Source: an uncultured Porphyromonadaceae bacterium
Lineage (GTDB): Bacteria > Bacteroidota > Bacteroidia > Bacteroidales > UBA12481
DNA length: 64,000 nt
Direction: 5' to 3'
Assembly (NCBI GenBank): GCA_964465145.1
Contig: CAYXJR010000006.1
Location: 9,702-73,701 of the forward strand
Both the position numbers and the translations under genes were made by a program. Below are positions 31,438 to 41,773 of the stretch, one piece after another; position 1 is the stretch's first letter; each line of letters starts with the position of its first letter. A model generated the notes under the pieces. The model ran no database searches and was not told where the DNA came from. It saw nothing but the letters and a program-made list of their open reading frames with translations.

Positions 31438-31623
31438 ACCAGAATTTATGAAAAGTTGCGTTTATATAACGCTAGTTGACTGTTCTTTTGATAGTATGCT
31501 GTATTTTCTAATTATTTCTTGCCAGGCACTTAATAGTAAGACGCAATAAAGGGCAAAGTGTTACATGAATAAATGTTAAAAAAACCTAAAATCTTTCTTA
31601 TTGGTAAATTAGGCTGTCAAAAA

Positions 31624-33183
31624 TTATTTTTCTAAAGGTATTAGAGCCCTGGCTGCTTCTTCACTATCACCATACTGTTTCTGCAGTCGAGCCAACTCAG
31701 CCTTCATTTCAATGAGAATATCTGAGTAAGCCGGATCATTAAAAACATTGTTCATCTCTTTGGGATCTTTTTCAAGGTCATACATTTCCCATTCATCAAT
31801 ATTGTAGTAAAAATGCATAAGCTTATACCGCTCTGTACGAACTCCATAATGTCTCTTGACGGCGTGTGCACCCGGGTATTCATAATAGTGATAGTAAATT
31901 GATTTACGCCAATCCGGATTCTTATCAGGTTTGAAAAGTGGTACCATTGACACGCCCTGCATTTCCTCAGGGATGGGAGCACCTGCCAAATCCAAAAAGG
32001 TCTCGGCAAAATCCAGATGCTGTACTAGTGCATCTGAAGTTGTACCAGCTTCAGTCTCACCTGGTAATCTTATGAGCAACGGCATGCCCAAACTCTCCTC
32101 ATACATAAAACGCTTATCGAACCAGCCGTGCTCTCCCAGATAGAAACCCTGATCGGAGGTATAAAATACAGCTGTGTTATCAGTCAGGCCCTTCTCATCC
32201 AGGTAATCCAACAATCGCCTCACCTGGTCATCCACACTTTGAATGCATGCAAGATAATCCCGCATGTAACGCTGATATTTCCATATGGCAAGCTCTTTGC
32301 CTTCCATGTGGCGACTGTAAAAATCTTTGATAATTGGATCGTAATGAGCATCCCATGCTGAGCGCTGGTCAGGAGTCAAGCGATTCAGCTGTCCTTTCAC
32401 CCAGTTATCGCCAACCTGTATAACCGTAGTATCGGGGTTTAATGTCTTAAGGTCGTACCCTATCATCATATCCTTGATGATCGACATTTTTTGCTCTTTT
32501 GCGGCACTGCCCCTGTTTGAATAATCGTCGAAATAATTATCTGGAACCGGGAAAGTTATTTCTTCAAAATTGAAATATTTTGGTTCGGGCATCCAGTTAC
32601 GATGGGGTGCCTTATGATGCACCATCAGGAAAAAGGGTTTCTCATTTTCCCTATTATTCAACCAGTTCAGGGCTTCATCGGTGATTATTGTAGTGGCGTA
32701 GCCAGTATAATTACGAACTCCTGTGGAGTCCTTTAAGTCGGGATTATAATACGACCCTTGCCCCAATAGGATTTTCCAGAAATCAAAACCCGTGGGATCG
32801 CTCTTTAGATGCCATTTTCCAATCATTGCAGTTTCATAACCCGCCTCCCTGAGCAACTTGGGAACGGTTACCTGGCTGCCATCAAATGTTGAGTTGTTAT
32901 CGAGGTGTCCATTTACATGGCTAAACTTCCCTGTTAAAACAACTGCCCTGCTGGGAGCGCATATTGAATTAGTGCAAAACGCATTATTGAACCGAATCCC
33001 TTCATTAGCCAGACGGTCAATATTAGGTGTATGGTTAAGGCCATAACCGTAGGCGGATACAGCTTGATAGGCATGATCATCGGCCATGATATAGAGGATA
33101 TTGTATTGTTTACCCTGCTGACAGGAAGATATCAGCAGAAATAAAGAAAATAAGGAAATCAAGATTGCTGGAACTCGTTTCAT
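31624..33183 (-). CDS. S1-family sulfatase (formylglycine-dependent), lipoprotein
   Basis: 519 aa with lipobox LLISSC and the sulfatase signature CTNSICAPSRAVVLTGK (C-x-A-x-R). Confidence 0.9.
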   Translation of the reverse strand: MKRVPAILISLFSLFLLISSCQQGKQYNILYIMADDHAYQAVSAYGYGLNHTPNIDRLANEGIRFNNAFCTNSICAPSRAVVLTGKFSHVNGHLDNNSTFDGSQVTVPKLLREAGYETAMIGKWHLKSDPTGFDFWKILLGQGSYYNPDLKDSTGVRNYTGYATTIITDEALNWLNNRENEKPFFLMVHHKAPHRNWMPEPKYFNFEEITFPVPDNYFDDYSNRGSAAKEQKMSIIKDMMIGYDLKTLNPDTTVIQVGDNWVKGQLNRLTPDQRSAWDAHYDPIIKDFYSRHMEGKELAIWKYQRYMRDYLACIQSVDDQVRRLLDYLDEKGLTDNTAVFYTSDQGFYLGEHGWFDKRFMYEESLGMPLLIRLPGETEAGTTSDALVQHLDFAETFLDLAGAPIPEEMQGVSMVPLFKPDKNPDWRKSIYYHYYEYPGAHAVKRHYGVRTERYKLMHFYYNIDEWEMYDLEKDPKEMNNVFNDPAYSDILIEMKAELARLQKQYGDSEEAARALIPLEK

Positions 33184-33297
33184 AACTCCTGTATTTTGGT
33201 TTAAAGCCGAAAGTTAATAAAAGGAGAAGAAAAACTGCTAAGGAAATTTGCAAGTAATTCAGTGAGAGGTGAAAATTTACCAGGCTGAGATGCCAGA

Positions 33298-34086
33298 TCA
33301 TTTTCCCCAGGCTTTCAGATTTTCCTGAATATGGTTAATAACTGCCCGGTGTGCCTCTTTCCCAGAACCATTAACATCCATGGGTGGACCAAAATCCATA
33401 TAAATAGGGATATTCCGAATGATAGGCCCCAATTCCTTAATTCGTTTTCCATTCCCCCAGAAATCAGTTTTGACGGCAATTGGAAGAACCTGCACACCAC
33501 TTTTTAATGCCAGCTTTGTTCCCAAGGTGTTAAACTTCTCAGGATTAAATTCCACTTGCCTGGTGCTTTGGGGGAAAATAATCAATGAAATCCCATCATT
33601 AAGTAATTTTTGTCCCTGATCAAGGACTTTGATAAGGTCCTCCCTGGAGTTGGTGCGACTCACCGTGATTGGATCCCTGGAGCGCATAATAGGCCCAAAA
33701 ATCCTATTGCTAACAATACTTTCCTTGACTACAAAGGTTACCCGCATGACAGGGGCAATAAGAAAAGGGAAAACCATGGTTTCCAGGGTGCTCATATGAT
33801 TACTCACTAAAACCACGGGTCCCTGGCATTTCCTTAGGTTTTCCAACCCGGTAATGTGAAACCGGCCACCACATTTCTCTGTAAGCCTCATTACATCTAA
33901 AGAGGACCTGGCCCAGGCCTCATCATCATAAGTCCCTTTCAGCGCAACCCTCCTTTGAGCTAAAACAATTCTGAGATAATGATAATAAAACACCAGGCTG
34001 GATTTGGGAAAAAACCTGTCAAGCCAGTAGCGCCTAATATTTTCAGGTGTATTGTACCTGTCTCTTATGGTCAATGGCAGATTCAA
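33298..34086 (-). CDS. lysophospholipid (1-acyl-sn-glycerol-3-phosphate) acyltransferase family protein
   Basis: 262 aa with an HX4D/E-type block VLVSNHMSTLE and an FPQSTR block. There is no ATG, so a TTG start is inferred. Confidence 0.7.
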   Translation of the reverse strand: MNLPLTIRDRYNTPENIRRYWLDRFFPKSSLVFYYHYLRIVLAQRRVALKGTYDDEAWARSSLDVMRLTEKCGGRFHITGLENLRKCQGPVVLVSNHMSTLETMVFPFLIAPVMRVTFVVKESIVSNRIFGPIMRSRDPITVSRTNSREDLIKVLDQGQKLLNDGISLIIFPQSTRQVEFNPEKFNTLGTKLALKSGVQVLPIAVKTDFWGNGKRIKELGPIIRNIPIYMDFGPPMDVNGSGKEAHRAVINHIQENLKAWGK

Positions 34087-34311
34087 AATATCATCATAAA
34101 GGTTGAATTGTAAAGATACAAAATCCTTGTATTATCAAGTTAGGAATAAGCAATATAGAAGGGCGCTGTAGAAAATTCCGTTCCAGTAAGTAATACACGA
34201 ATCCTTGTCGCAGCCTATTATTTCTTTTAGCCTAGCTTAGCTGAATTGACAAACTCACCAAAGGAAAAATCCTGACGGATCATTAATAATTTAGATATTC
34301 AATGGTTCCTT

Positions 34312-36936
34312 TTACCAATTATGAGGGATTTCTCCGGGCTTTACGACCCATAATTGTTCTTTTTCAAATCCTTCACCTACCAGTTTCACTGCATATTCCC
34401 CTGGGGCCAGGTATTCCTTGAAATGGATGAAATAAGGTGAATCGCTAGTGTTTTCCTTTATAACTAGATCCCAGCGAAATTGGTTAATTCCTGATTTTCC
34501 TTCGATCTCCTTTTCAAATACTTTTTTATTTCCTTTGACAACTTTGAGTTTGACCACTTCCTGATTCGGCAGCCAAAATGAGAAACTGGTTCTCCTCACC
34601 GATCGCTGATTTACATCCCGATGGGTATCATTATACCAGGGGGCCCATCCATTCGGGGCCTTGAATAAACGAGGCCCATCTCCCAAAGAATCTTCAAGGA
34701 ACTCATGAATAGGGTTTAGGTTGATTTTATAAATACCACGTCCATGGGTGCCAGCAACCAGATCCATTTCTCTTTCCTGAATCACCAAATCGGAAATACA
34801 TGTGGCCGCCATGTTTGTCCCTAGGAGAGACCAGCTGCCTCCCCTGTCAATTGAGAGATACACACCCCTGTACATTCCCGCATATAGGACATTTTCCAGA
34901 ACAGGATCCTCCAGAATCACATTGGCAATCTCCCCTGGGAGATTTCCCTTAATGGGAATCCATTCTTTACCAAGATCTTCGCTGACAAATACATATGTAT
35001 TCAAATCGTCCTCGTTGATTCCCGTGGCTGCGAGATATACCCTTTCAGAATCAAATCGACTGGGGCAAATCGACCTGATATACTGATTTGGCAGTCCTGA
35101 AGACCGCTCCATCCATGATTTTCCATCATCTTCACTCAGCCAGACAGCTCCTTTATCAGTTCCAACAAACAATAAACCCGCCTGTATGGGAGATTCCGCT
35201 ATTGCCCCGGCCGCCACAGATACTTTTTCTGCTATAGATGAATTGGACAAATCAGGGCTAATAAGTTCCCAGTTATCCCCTTTGTCAGGGCTTTTAAATA
35301 CAAAATTTCCAGCATGATAAAGTGTGGTTGGATGATGTGGGGAAATAATATATGGGGCCACAAAATTATATTCCAGCCGATTGCCGGATCCCTTGGGCAA
35401 ACGAGGCTGTATGTGTTTCGATTTGTCGGCCAACATATCCTTTCGGAAAATTCCGCCATTTTGCGAAGAGGTATAGATTATATTTGGATCAAGCGGATCT
35501 GGAAGAGTAACACAACCATCCCCTCCGCTCCAGGCATCCACCCAAATATATCGCCATCCATCCGGGAAAATAGGATTCCATTCCTCCGACGGCCCGTAAA
35601 CGGAAGCATCATCCTGCACTCCTCCATAAACAAAATAAGGATCCTGGTTATCAACTGAGATATCATAGAATTCCCCAGCAGGGATATTGTTGTGGTGCAT
35701 CCATGTGTCACCTTTATCGTAGCTAATGTATACTCCTCCATCATTGGCAAGCATGAGATTTGCCGGGTAAAGGGGATTAATCCATAGTTCACACTGGTCG
35801 AGGTGCAAGGGATCAGCCTGACTGGGGTTAATATGAAAAATATCACCTCCAATCATTTCAAAAGTTTTCCCTCCGTCTTTGCTTTTAGCGGCCCTTACAC
35901 CCAGTAAATAAACTTCGTCATCATCCTGTGGATTCACATAACAATCTGTAAAATACCATCCTATACCCGGGAAAATGCTCAGGTCTTTATCGTGTGTCCT
36001 TGACCAGGAATTTCCTCCGTCCACACTTTTATAGCACTCAGCCGCCTTATTCTTATCATGATTCAGGTTATCAACCAGAGCATATATTTTATCAGGATCC
36101 TGGCAGGATACTGCCAGACCGATTCGGCCGGTTTTAGGGCCGGTGGGAAAACCATTTGGCAGCTTTGTCCAATTTGCTCCACCATCAGAACTGCGATACA
36201 CTCCACTTTCAGGCCCAAAAACTCCAGGGTAATTTTCCCACATAGAAGCATAGAGAATATTCGGGTCGGAGGGTGAGATAACTATATCATTCGCCCCGGT
36301 TTTTTCATCAACATAAAGAACATGTTCCCAGTTCAAACCCCCATCGAGGGTCCTGTACACACCACGGTTTTCATTGGAGCTCCAGAAATGGCCCAGTACA
36401 GCTACAAAAGCTGTGTCGGGGTGTTCGGGGTGGATCACTATCTCCCCGATATGCCAGGAATCGTGAAGGCCCAGATTTCGCCAGGTTTCTCCTCCATTAT
36501 CCGAACGAAATACTCCGGTTCCCGGCATGGTAAAATTCCGGGCTTTTTTCAAGCTTTCACCCGACCCCAAATAGATGATATCGGGATTTGATGGCGCAAG
36601 GGCAATGTCACCTATCCCAAGAGCTGATTGATTTTCGAAAATTGCTTTCCAGGTAAGACCATTATTTACTGTTTTCCAGAGGTTTCCGGAACCAAAAGCA
36701 GCATAAAAAACTCCGGGTCGGAAGGGATCTCCCTGTACAGATTCTGCCCTGGCTGAATTAACAACCGGACCAAGCTGAATCCACTGCATGCCAAAAGCTG
36801 TATTAGCCTTGTGCTCAAGATACTGAGGCCACGAGCCCAGGAGGGGGGATTTGTTAAGATCCTGGCTCACCAAGAGGTTGTTAATACAAATCCAACAAAG
36901 CACTGTTAACAAGACGAACTTATATTTCAATATCAT
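34312..36936 (-). CDS. BNR/Asp-box repeat beta-propeller protein (sortilin/VPS10-like), secreted
   Basis: 874 aa with a signal peptide and at least 10 Asp-box repeats S-x-D-x-G-x-(T/S)-W (SDNGGETW, TLDGGLNW, SSDGGANW, SVDGGNSW, SYDKGDTW, SEDDGKSW, SIDRGGSW and others). Confidence 0.75.
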   Translation of the reverse strand: MILKYKFVLLTVLCWICINNLLVSQDLNKSPLLGSWPQYLEHKANTAFGMQWIQLGPVVNSARAESVQGDPFRPGVFYAAFGSGNLWKTVNNGLTWKAIFENQSALGIGDIALAPSNPDIIYLGSGESLKKARNFTMPGTGVFRSDNGGETWRNLGLHDSWHIGEIVIHPEHPDTAFVAVLGHFWSSNENRGVYRTLDGGLNWEHVLYVDEKTGANDIVISPSDPNILYASMWENYPGVFGPESGVYRSSDGGANWTKLPNGFPTGPKTGRIGLAVSCQDPDKIYALVDNLNHDKNKAAECYKSVDGGNSWSRTHDKDLSIFPGIGWYFTDCYVNPQDDDEVYLLGVRAAKSKDGGKTFEMIGGDIFHINPSQADPLHLDQCELWINPLYPANLMLANDGGVYISYDKGDTWMHHNNIPAGEFYDISVDNQDPYFVYGGVQDDASVYGPSEEWNPIFPDGWRYIWVDAWSGGDGCVTLPDPLDPNIIYTSSQNGGIFRKDMLADKSKHIQPRLPKGSGNRLEYNFVAPYIISPHHPTTLYHAGNFVFKSPDKGDNWELISPDLSNSSIAEKVSVAAGAIAESPIQAGLLFVGTDKGAVWLSEDDGKSWMERSSGLPNQYIRSICPSRFDSERVYLAATGINEDDLNTYVFVSEDLGKEWIPIKGNLPGEIANVILEDPVLENVLYAGMYRGVYLSIDRGGSWSLLGTNMAATCISDLVIQEREMDLVAGTHGRGIYKINLNPIHEFLEDSLGDGPRLFKAPNGWAPWYNDTHRDVNQRSVRRTSFSFWLPNQEVVKLKVVKGNKKVFEKEIEGKSGINQFRWDLVIKENTSDSPYFIHFKEYLAPGEYAVKLVGEGFEKEQLWVVKPGEIPHNW

Positions 36937-37021
36937 TTCTAAGGAGGTTTATTTAGATTAATTATCATTAAACCAAAAGTATAATATTATTACAGTTATT
37001 GGATTGCAATAATACAGCCTA

Positions 37022-37267
37022 TTGTTTACTATTGTTACAAAAGAGAAGATTCAGGTATATCCTAACCCGGCCATCAATGAAGTTACGGTAAGAGGATTAT
37101 CCGAGGCCCGTCTTAGAATAATGGATCTGGAAGGTAGAGTCATCAGAGATATCCTTGTTACCGGTAACAGCAGTGTTCCAATAAATGATTTACAAGTTGG
37201 TGTATACCTGGTTCGAATGGATCATGAAGATCAAACCATGATCACCAAGCTTTTTAAAACCCGATAA
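37022..37267 (+). pseudogene. orphan T9SS type-A C-terminal sorting domain (cargo portion missing)
   Basis: The 81-aa frame consists only of a CTD: IQVYPNPAINEVTVRGL...RIMDLEGRVI...LQVGVYLVRM. It has no signal peptide or cargo domain and begins 85 nt from the divergent BNR gene. Confidence 0.6.
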
Positions 37268-37287
37268 CAATTTAGAAAGCAAACAAT

Positions 37288-37320
37288 AAAAGCCGCCTCC
37301 TCAACAGGGGCGGTTTTCTT
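37288..37320. terminator. bidirectional intrinsic terminator
   Basis: AAAAGCCGCC-(loop)-GGCGGTTTT, with T-runs on both strands. It lies between the convergent 37022-37267 (+) and 37326-37757 (-) ORFs. Confidence 0.6.
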
Positions 37321-37325
37321 ATGCC

Positions 37326-37757
37326 TTAAAAGGTTATATTAGGGTATCCCGCTTTTAAGTACTTGGTTAAAACAGTACCCATACCCTTCACATCTATTCC
37401 CAATTCTCCTAAATTATCCTGCACTCCGTACATCCGGGCACAAGACATGCAGGCTTCCATAATGATCCCTGTTTCTTTCATCTTTTTTATACTCCCCTGG
37501 AGTTTTTCATTCTCTGCTAACAGTTTGGCTGAAGGCCCCCAAACAATAAAAATAACTTCCTTGAACCATCCCTGTTTTTTAGCATTATAAGCATACATGA
37601 AGCAAACCTTCTCAGCAACCTCAGGATCTCCGCTTGACCAAACAACTAACAAAGTATCACTTGCTGCTGCTGCTGGAACAGGTGAAGTTTGTCCGAATGC
37701 AGAAGTTTGAGAAATAAACAGACTGGTAAATAGAAAAAATGTCAATAATGTTTTCAT
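37326..37757 (-). CDS. DsrE/DsrF-like family protein with signal peptide
   Basis: 143 aa with signal peptide MKTLLTFFLFTSLFISQTSAFG and a DsrE-like core LLVVWSSGDPEVAEKVCFMYAYNAKK...IMEACMSCARMYG. Confidence 0.5.
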   Translation of the reverse strand: MKTLLTFFLFTSLFISQTSAFGQTSPVPAAAASDTLLVVWSSGDPEVAEKVCFMYAYNAKKQGWFKEVIFIVWGPSAKLLAENEKLQGSIKKMKETGIIMEACMSCARMYGVQDNLGELGIDVKGMGTVLTKYLKAGYPNITF

Positions 37758-37863
37758 AGTATCTTAGGATTTAAAGGTATGAGCGTTTAAATAATATGGA
37801 ATGAATTGATAATTGTGTAATAATATGAATGTTATATGCGTGATGTATATAATTTTAAAGAGT

Positions 37864-39963
37864 TTAGGGGCCTTTTGTTGGTGTTGGATCACTCGGGGGA
37901 ATAAGTCCGCTTCGCTCCAGCAGTGCTTGTACTGAGGGTTCCTGTCCCCTGAATCTTTTATACAATTCCATCGGTTTTTCACTTCCTCCCTTCTCCAGCA
38001 GATTCCTTCTGAAAGAACCCGCAACATCCCTGTTAAATATACCCTTTTCCTTAAATAAGGCAAATGCATCAGCATCCAGTACTTCAGCCCACTTATATCC
38101 ATAATAACCAGCAGCATATCCACCAGCGAAAATGTGTGAGAAGGCTGTACTCATACAACTGCCGGGAACATCCGGGAATAACTCTGTCCTTTGCATAGCT
38201 GATTTTTCAAAAGCAATCACGTCACCCTCAAATGGTTTATCAATTGAATGCCAGGCCATATCATTCATACCAAAGCTCAACTGCCGCTCAGAAACATATC
38301 CGGCCTGAAAATTTCGGGCATCAATCAACTTATTTACTAAAGTCTCAGGCACCTTTTCACCAGTCTGATAATGCACAGCAACCTGATCGAGCCATTCCTT
38401 TTCAGTCAGCCAGTTTTCCATAATTTGAGATGGCAGTTCCACAAAATCCCGATATACGTTCGTACCGGAAACAGAAGGGTAAGTGCACTTTGACAACATT
38501 CCATGGAGAGCATGACCAAATTCGTGAAGAAAGGTATGTACCTCATTAAAAGTCAACAGTGATGGCTCCATCTCTGTGGGCCGGGTAAAATTGCAAACAA
38601 TAGATACATGAGGACGGGTATTACACTGATCCAAATTATTTTGCCCTCGAAAATCTGTCATCCAGGCTCCTCCCTGCTTCCCTTTCCGGGGAAAGAAATC
38701 CAGATAGAGCAGTGAAAGAAATTCCCCCTCCTCATCGAAGACCTCAAAAACCTGTACTTCTTGGTGGTACACAGGAACCTCGTCGGTTTCCCTAAATTCA
38801 ATACCATACAATAATTCAGCTAAATGAAATATTCCGCGAGTCACCTTTGATAATTCAAAAAAGGGTTTAACCTCCTCTTCCCTGACATTAAAATTCTTGA
38901 TTCTCAGGGCTTCACTGTAAAAGGCCCAATCCCATTTTTCCAGATCTCCTTCATGGCCCATTTCAGCAGCAAGTATTTTTACCTGCTCATATTCCTTCAA
39001 CGCAAAGGGTCGGGAGGCGATATTCAGAGATTCGATAAATTGGTTCACCTTAGCTGGATTTTCCGCCATTCGCTCTTTCAAAACATAGTGAGCATAATTC
39101 TTTTCCTCCATTATCCTGGCCAACTCCATTCTCAGGTTTACAATCTGTTTGATTAAGTCCTTATTATCAAACTCATTATCCTGGTTGCCTCTGAAACTGA
39201 AAGCCATGAACATTTGCTTTCTCAGCTCCCGCCTGGAAGAGTATTTCATGAATGGCACAAAACTGGGATTATGAAGGGTGAAAACCCATCCTTCCAACTT
39301 CCTGGATTTTGCTTCTTGTGCAGCGGCTTCCTTAACAAACCCGGGCAGGCCCTCCAGATCAGACGGGCTGGTGAGGTGCAGAACGAAGGCATTGGTTTCA
39401 GCCAGAACGTTGTCCCCAAATTGAAGTGTCAATTTTGATAAAGCTGACTTGATCTCAGCAAAACGTTTCTTATTATCTCCATTCAACTCAGCTCCATTAC
39501 GAAGGAAATTACGATAATAGTTATCCAGGACAGTTTTTTGCTCGGTTGTAAGTTTTTGATCCTTGTGGGAGTATCGCTCCAAATAAACATCTTTTACCCG
39601 TTTGAAAAGCTTAGGATTCATCAGCATACGACTAGAGAATTCGGAAAGTTTGGGTGACACTTCCTGAGCAATCTGCTGAAGATCAGGTGTGGTCTCAGCA
39701 TTGTTGAGGTTAAACAGAATCTCAATGGCCCTGTCTAATTTTTCCCCGTTTTTCTCAAGAGCCTCAATGGAGTTAATAAAGCCTGCTTGGTTGGGATTAT
39801 TCGCTATCCGGTTGATTTCCCGCTCTGCTTCTTCAATCAACTTGTCTATTGCCGGCGCAAAATGCTCCGTCTTAATCTGGTCAAAGGGTGCAGCTTCATA
39901 TTTTGTGCTAAATGGTTTTAGCAATGGATTATTCTCATTCATAGCCTCAATCTCGTATTCCAT
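37864..39963 (-). CDS. dcp: M3-family metallopeptidase (peptidyl-dipeptidase Dcp / oligopeptidase A-like)
   Basis: 699 aa with zinc motif FLHEFGHALHGM and typical M3 length and architecture. Confidence 0.85.
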   Translation of the reverse strand: MEYEIEAMNENNPLLKPFSTKYEAAPFDQIKTEHFAPAIDKLIEEAEREINRIANNPNQAGFINSIEALEKNGEKLDRAIEILFNLNNAETTPDLQQIAQEVSPKLSEFSSRMLMNPKLFKRVKDVYLERYSHKDQKLTTEQKTVLDNYYRNFLRNGAELNGDNKKRFAEIKSALSKLTLQFGDNVLAETNAFVLHLTSPSDLEGLPGFVKEAAAQEAKSRKLEGWVFTLHNPSFVPFMKYSSRRELRKQMFMAFSFRGNQDNEFDNKDLIKQIVNLRMELARIMEEKNYAHYVLKERMAENPAKVNQFIESLNIASRPFALKEYEQVKILAAEMGHEGDLEKWDWAFYSEALRIKNFNVREEEVKPFFELSKVTRGIFHLAELLYGIEFRETDEVPVYHQEVQVFEVFDEEGEFLSLLYLDFFPRKGKQGGAWMTDFRGQNNLDQCNTRPHVSIVCNFTRPTEMEPSLLTFNEVHTFLHEFGHALHGMLSKCTYPSVSGTNVYRDFVELPSQIMENWLTEKEWLDQVAVHYQTGEKVPETLVNKLIDARNFQAGYVSERQLSFGMNDMAWHSIDKPFEGDVIAFEKSAMQRTELFPDVPGSCMSTAFSHIFAGGYAAGYYGYKWAEVLDADAFALFKEKGIFNRDVAGSFRRNLLEKGGSEKPMELYKRFRGQEPSVQALLERSGLIPPSDPTPTKGP

Positions 39964-40237
39964 TCATTTTAAATAATGATCAAAGGTATTAAAACTGATC
40001 AGTTAAGCTTTTATGGTTTTTTTCTAAAGTATTAAGCTATAGAGTGGGAAAGAGGTAGACAAAAATCTTTCCCCCAGTGATGAAGCTCTTGCCCGGGCCT
40101 ATGAAAAAGGCACCGATATGAATATATATCTGGAAACCCTAACGGCAATAAATACCAATAGCAAAATGACTTCCCAACTCTCTTGCCAGTAATACAAGAT
40201 TTCGGTAATTTTCACCCCAAAAAAATAATTAGACAAC

Positions 40238-40951
40238 ATGAAACTTCTTACCTGGGTCGTACTAACTGCGAGCCTTTTATTCATACAGGCATGTAGTTAC
40301 CTGCCCGAAGAACAAATCGTCTCCGATGTTTTGGAAGTATATGAAACTCGTGATTACCTTGAAATTATTCCTAATTCAGGAAGTTTCTCCAAAACCGGTT
40401 TTGTTTTCTACTCTGGAGGTCTGGTGGATCCTCATGCTTACATTGAAACCTTGTCACGTTTTGCAGTATCTGGAATTGGACATGTGGTAATTATCGTTAA
40501 AATGCCAGGTAACATGGCAATATTCGACAGCAAACAAGGTGCGTACATGTTCGAAGACTTCCCATATGTGAGCCGTTGGGTAATCGGCGGACACTCTTTA
40601 GGTGGAGTAATGGCCTGTTCAGTTGTTGAAAAATATCCTGAGTATTTTGAAGGCCTGGTATTAATGGCTGCTTATCCAAAAGAGAAAACCGATCTCAGTG
40701 AATGGCCCGGCATGGTACTATCTATCAAAGGAGAATTTGACAAAATACTGGAACCACAAATCATAGAAAACAGAGCTGGTAATCTCCCTCCAAATACTGT
40801 TTATGAAATAATTGAAGGTGGGAATCATTCTCTTTTCGGAAAATACGGACTACAGGATGGAGATGGACAGGCATCTATCAGCCTCGAAGAGCACACAAAA
40901 ATTATGGTCAATTTAATCCAAGAATTATATACTAAAAATGGTTGGGACTAA
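40238..40951 (+). CDS. alpha/beta hydrolase lipoprotein
   Basis: 237 aa with lipobox IQAC and nucleophile elbow GGHSLGG. Confidence 0.7.
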   Translation: MKLLTWVVLTASLLFIQACSYLPEEQIVSDVLEVYETRDYLEIIPNSGSFSKTGFVFYSGGLVDPHAYIETLSRFAVSGIGHVVIIVKMPGNMAIFDSKQGAYMFEDFPYVSRWVIGGHSLGGVMACSVVEKYPEYFEGLVLMAAYPKEKTDLSEWPGMVLSIKGEFDKILEPQIIENRAGNLPPNTVYEIIEGGNHSLFGKYGLQDGDGQASISLEEHTKIMVNLIQELYTKNGWD

Positions 40952-41465
40952 ATTATTGAAGGGCTGTTTACTCGTCGCCTGTTTATTGCTGTTTCTAAAG
41001 ACTGGGAAGGCTCAGGAATTTGGGCTCTCTGTTTTAGCTTACCCCTCAGCCGGCTACAATCTTGTTTTGGAGCCAGGAATGAATGGTGGAGGTATGGCTG
41101 TCTTCTTTAACAGACAAAAGTACAAAAAACTAAATCTTAGCTTGTCGGGTGAGTATGCCTTGACGACTTGGGGGAATCAGGCATTCATTGGATTGGGAAT
41201 AAACAGGACCTGGTTATCCCTGAATCGTTTTGAAATGAATACCTATGGTCATCTCCTTAATGGTCTCGCTTTCTACAAACCCAAATCTCTATACGTATTT
41301 GGAGTAGATACCAGAATCGCAGCGAATTTCTACCTATTTAAAGACATTAAATTATTTTGTGGTATAGGAATTCGTTATACACTCTGCCTGGGTTACAGAC
41401 AATATGGGCTAATCAAAACATCCCTTGATCTCCCGATTGAGTTTGGGTTCAAAATCACCAGATAA
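40938..41465 (+). CDS. hypothetical secreted protein (possible small outer-membrane beta-barrel)
   Basis: 175 aa with a signal peptide (LLLFLKTGKAQ) and alternating hydrophobic beta-strand pattern. Overlaps the upstream hydrolase gene by 14 nt. Confidence 0.45.
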   Translation: MVGTKLLKGCLLVACLLLFLKTGKAQEFGLSVLAYPSAGYNLVLEPGMNGGGMAVFFNRQKYKKLNLSLSGEYALTTWGNQAFIGLGINRTWLSLNRFEMNTYGHLLNGLAFYKPKSLYVFGVDTRIAANFYLFKDIKLFCGIGIRYTLCLGYRQYGLIKTSLDLPIEFGFKITR

Positions 41466-41483
41466 ACACAGTAAGATAAAGCC

Positions 41484-41594
41484 CAGCCGTATTGATTCAT
41501 ATTCATCCATACCCAAACTCACTTCTTCCAAAAATCTCAGCGGCACACCCGCCGGCTTGTAATAGTTAACACCGGGGCTTGTATCAATATATCG
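41484..41594 (-). pseudogene. relic of a DUF134-family gene
   Basis: The minus-strand frame reads PGVNYYKPAGVPLRFLEEVSLGMDEYESIRL. This matches the conserved FKPxGxPxxxLExVxLxxDExEAxRL core of DUF134 proteins. It has no start codon and no C-terminal half. Confidence 0.45.
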
Positions 41595-41773
41595 CTAACA
41601 TTTTTTTCTGGGCATATGCTCAATATAAAACAACGATTACTGTGAGTTTTGAATTAATTAATATACATTAATCATTGGCTGCAGTAAGAGAAAGGATTTA
41701 GCCCCCGGAAGGACAGGATTTTCATTTCCAATTGTCCCAAATATTCCTGATTTTTACAAACAAAATTTCAGTG

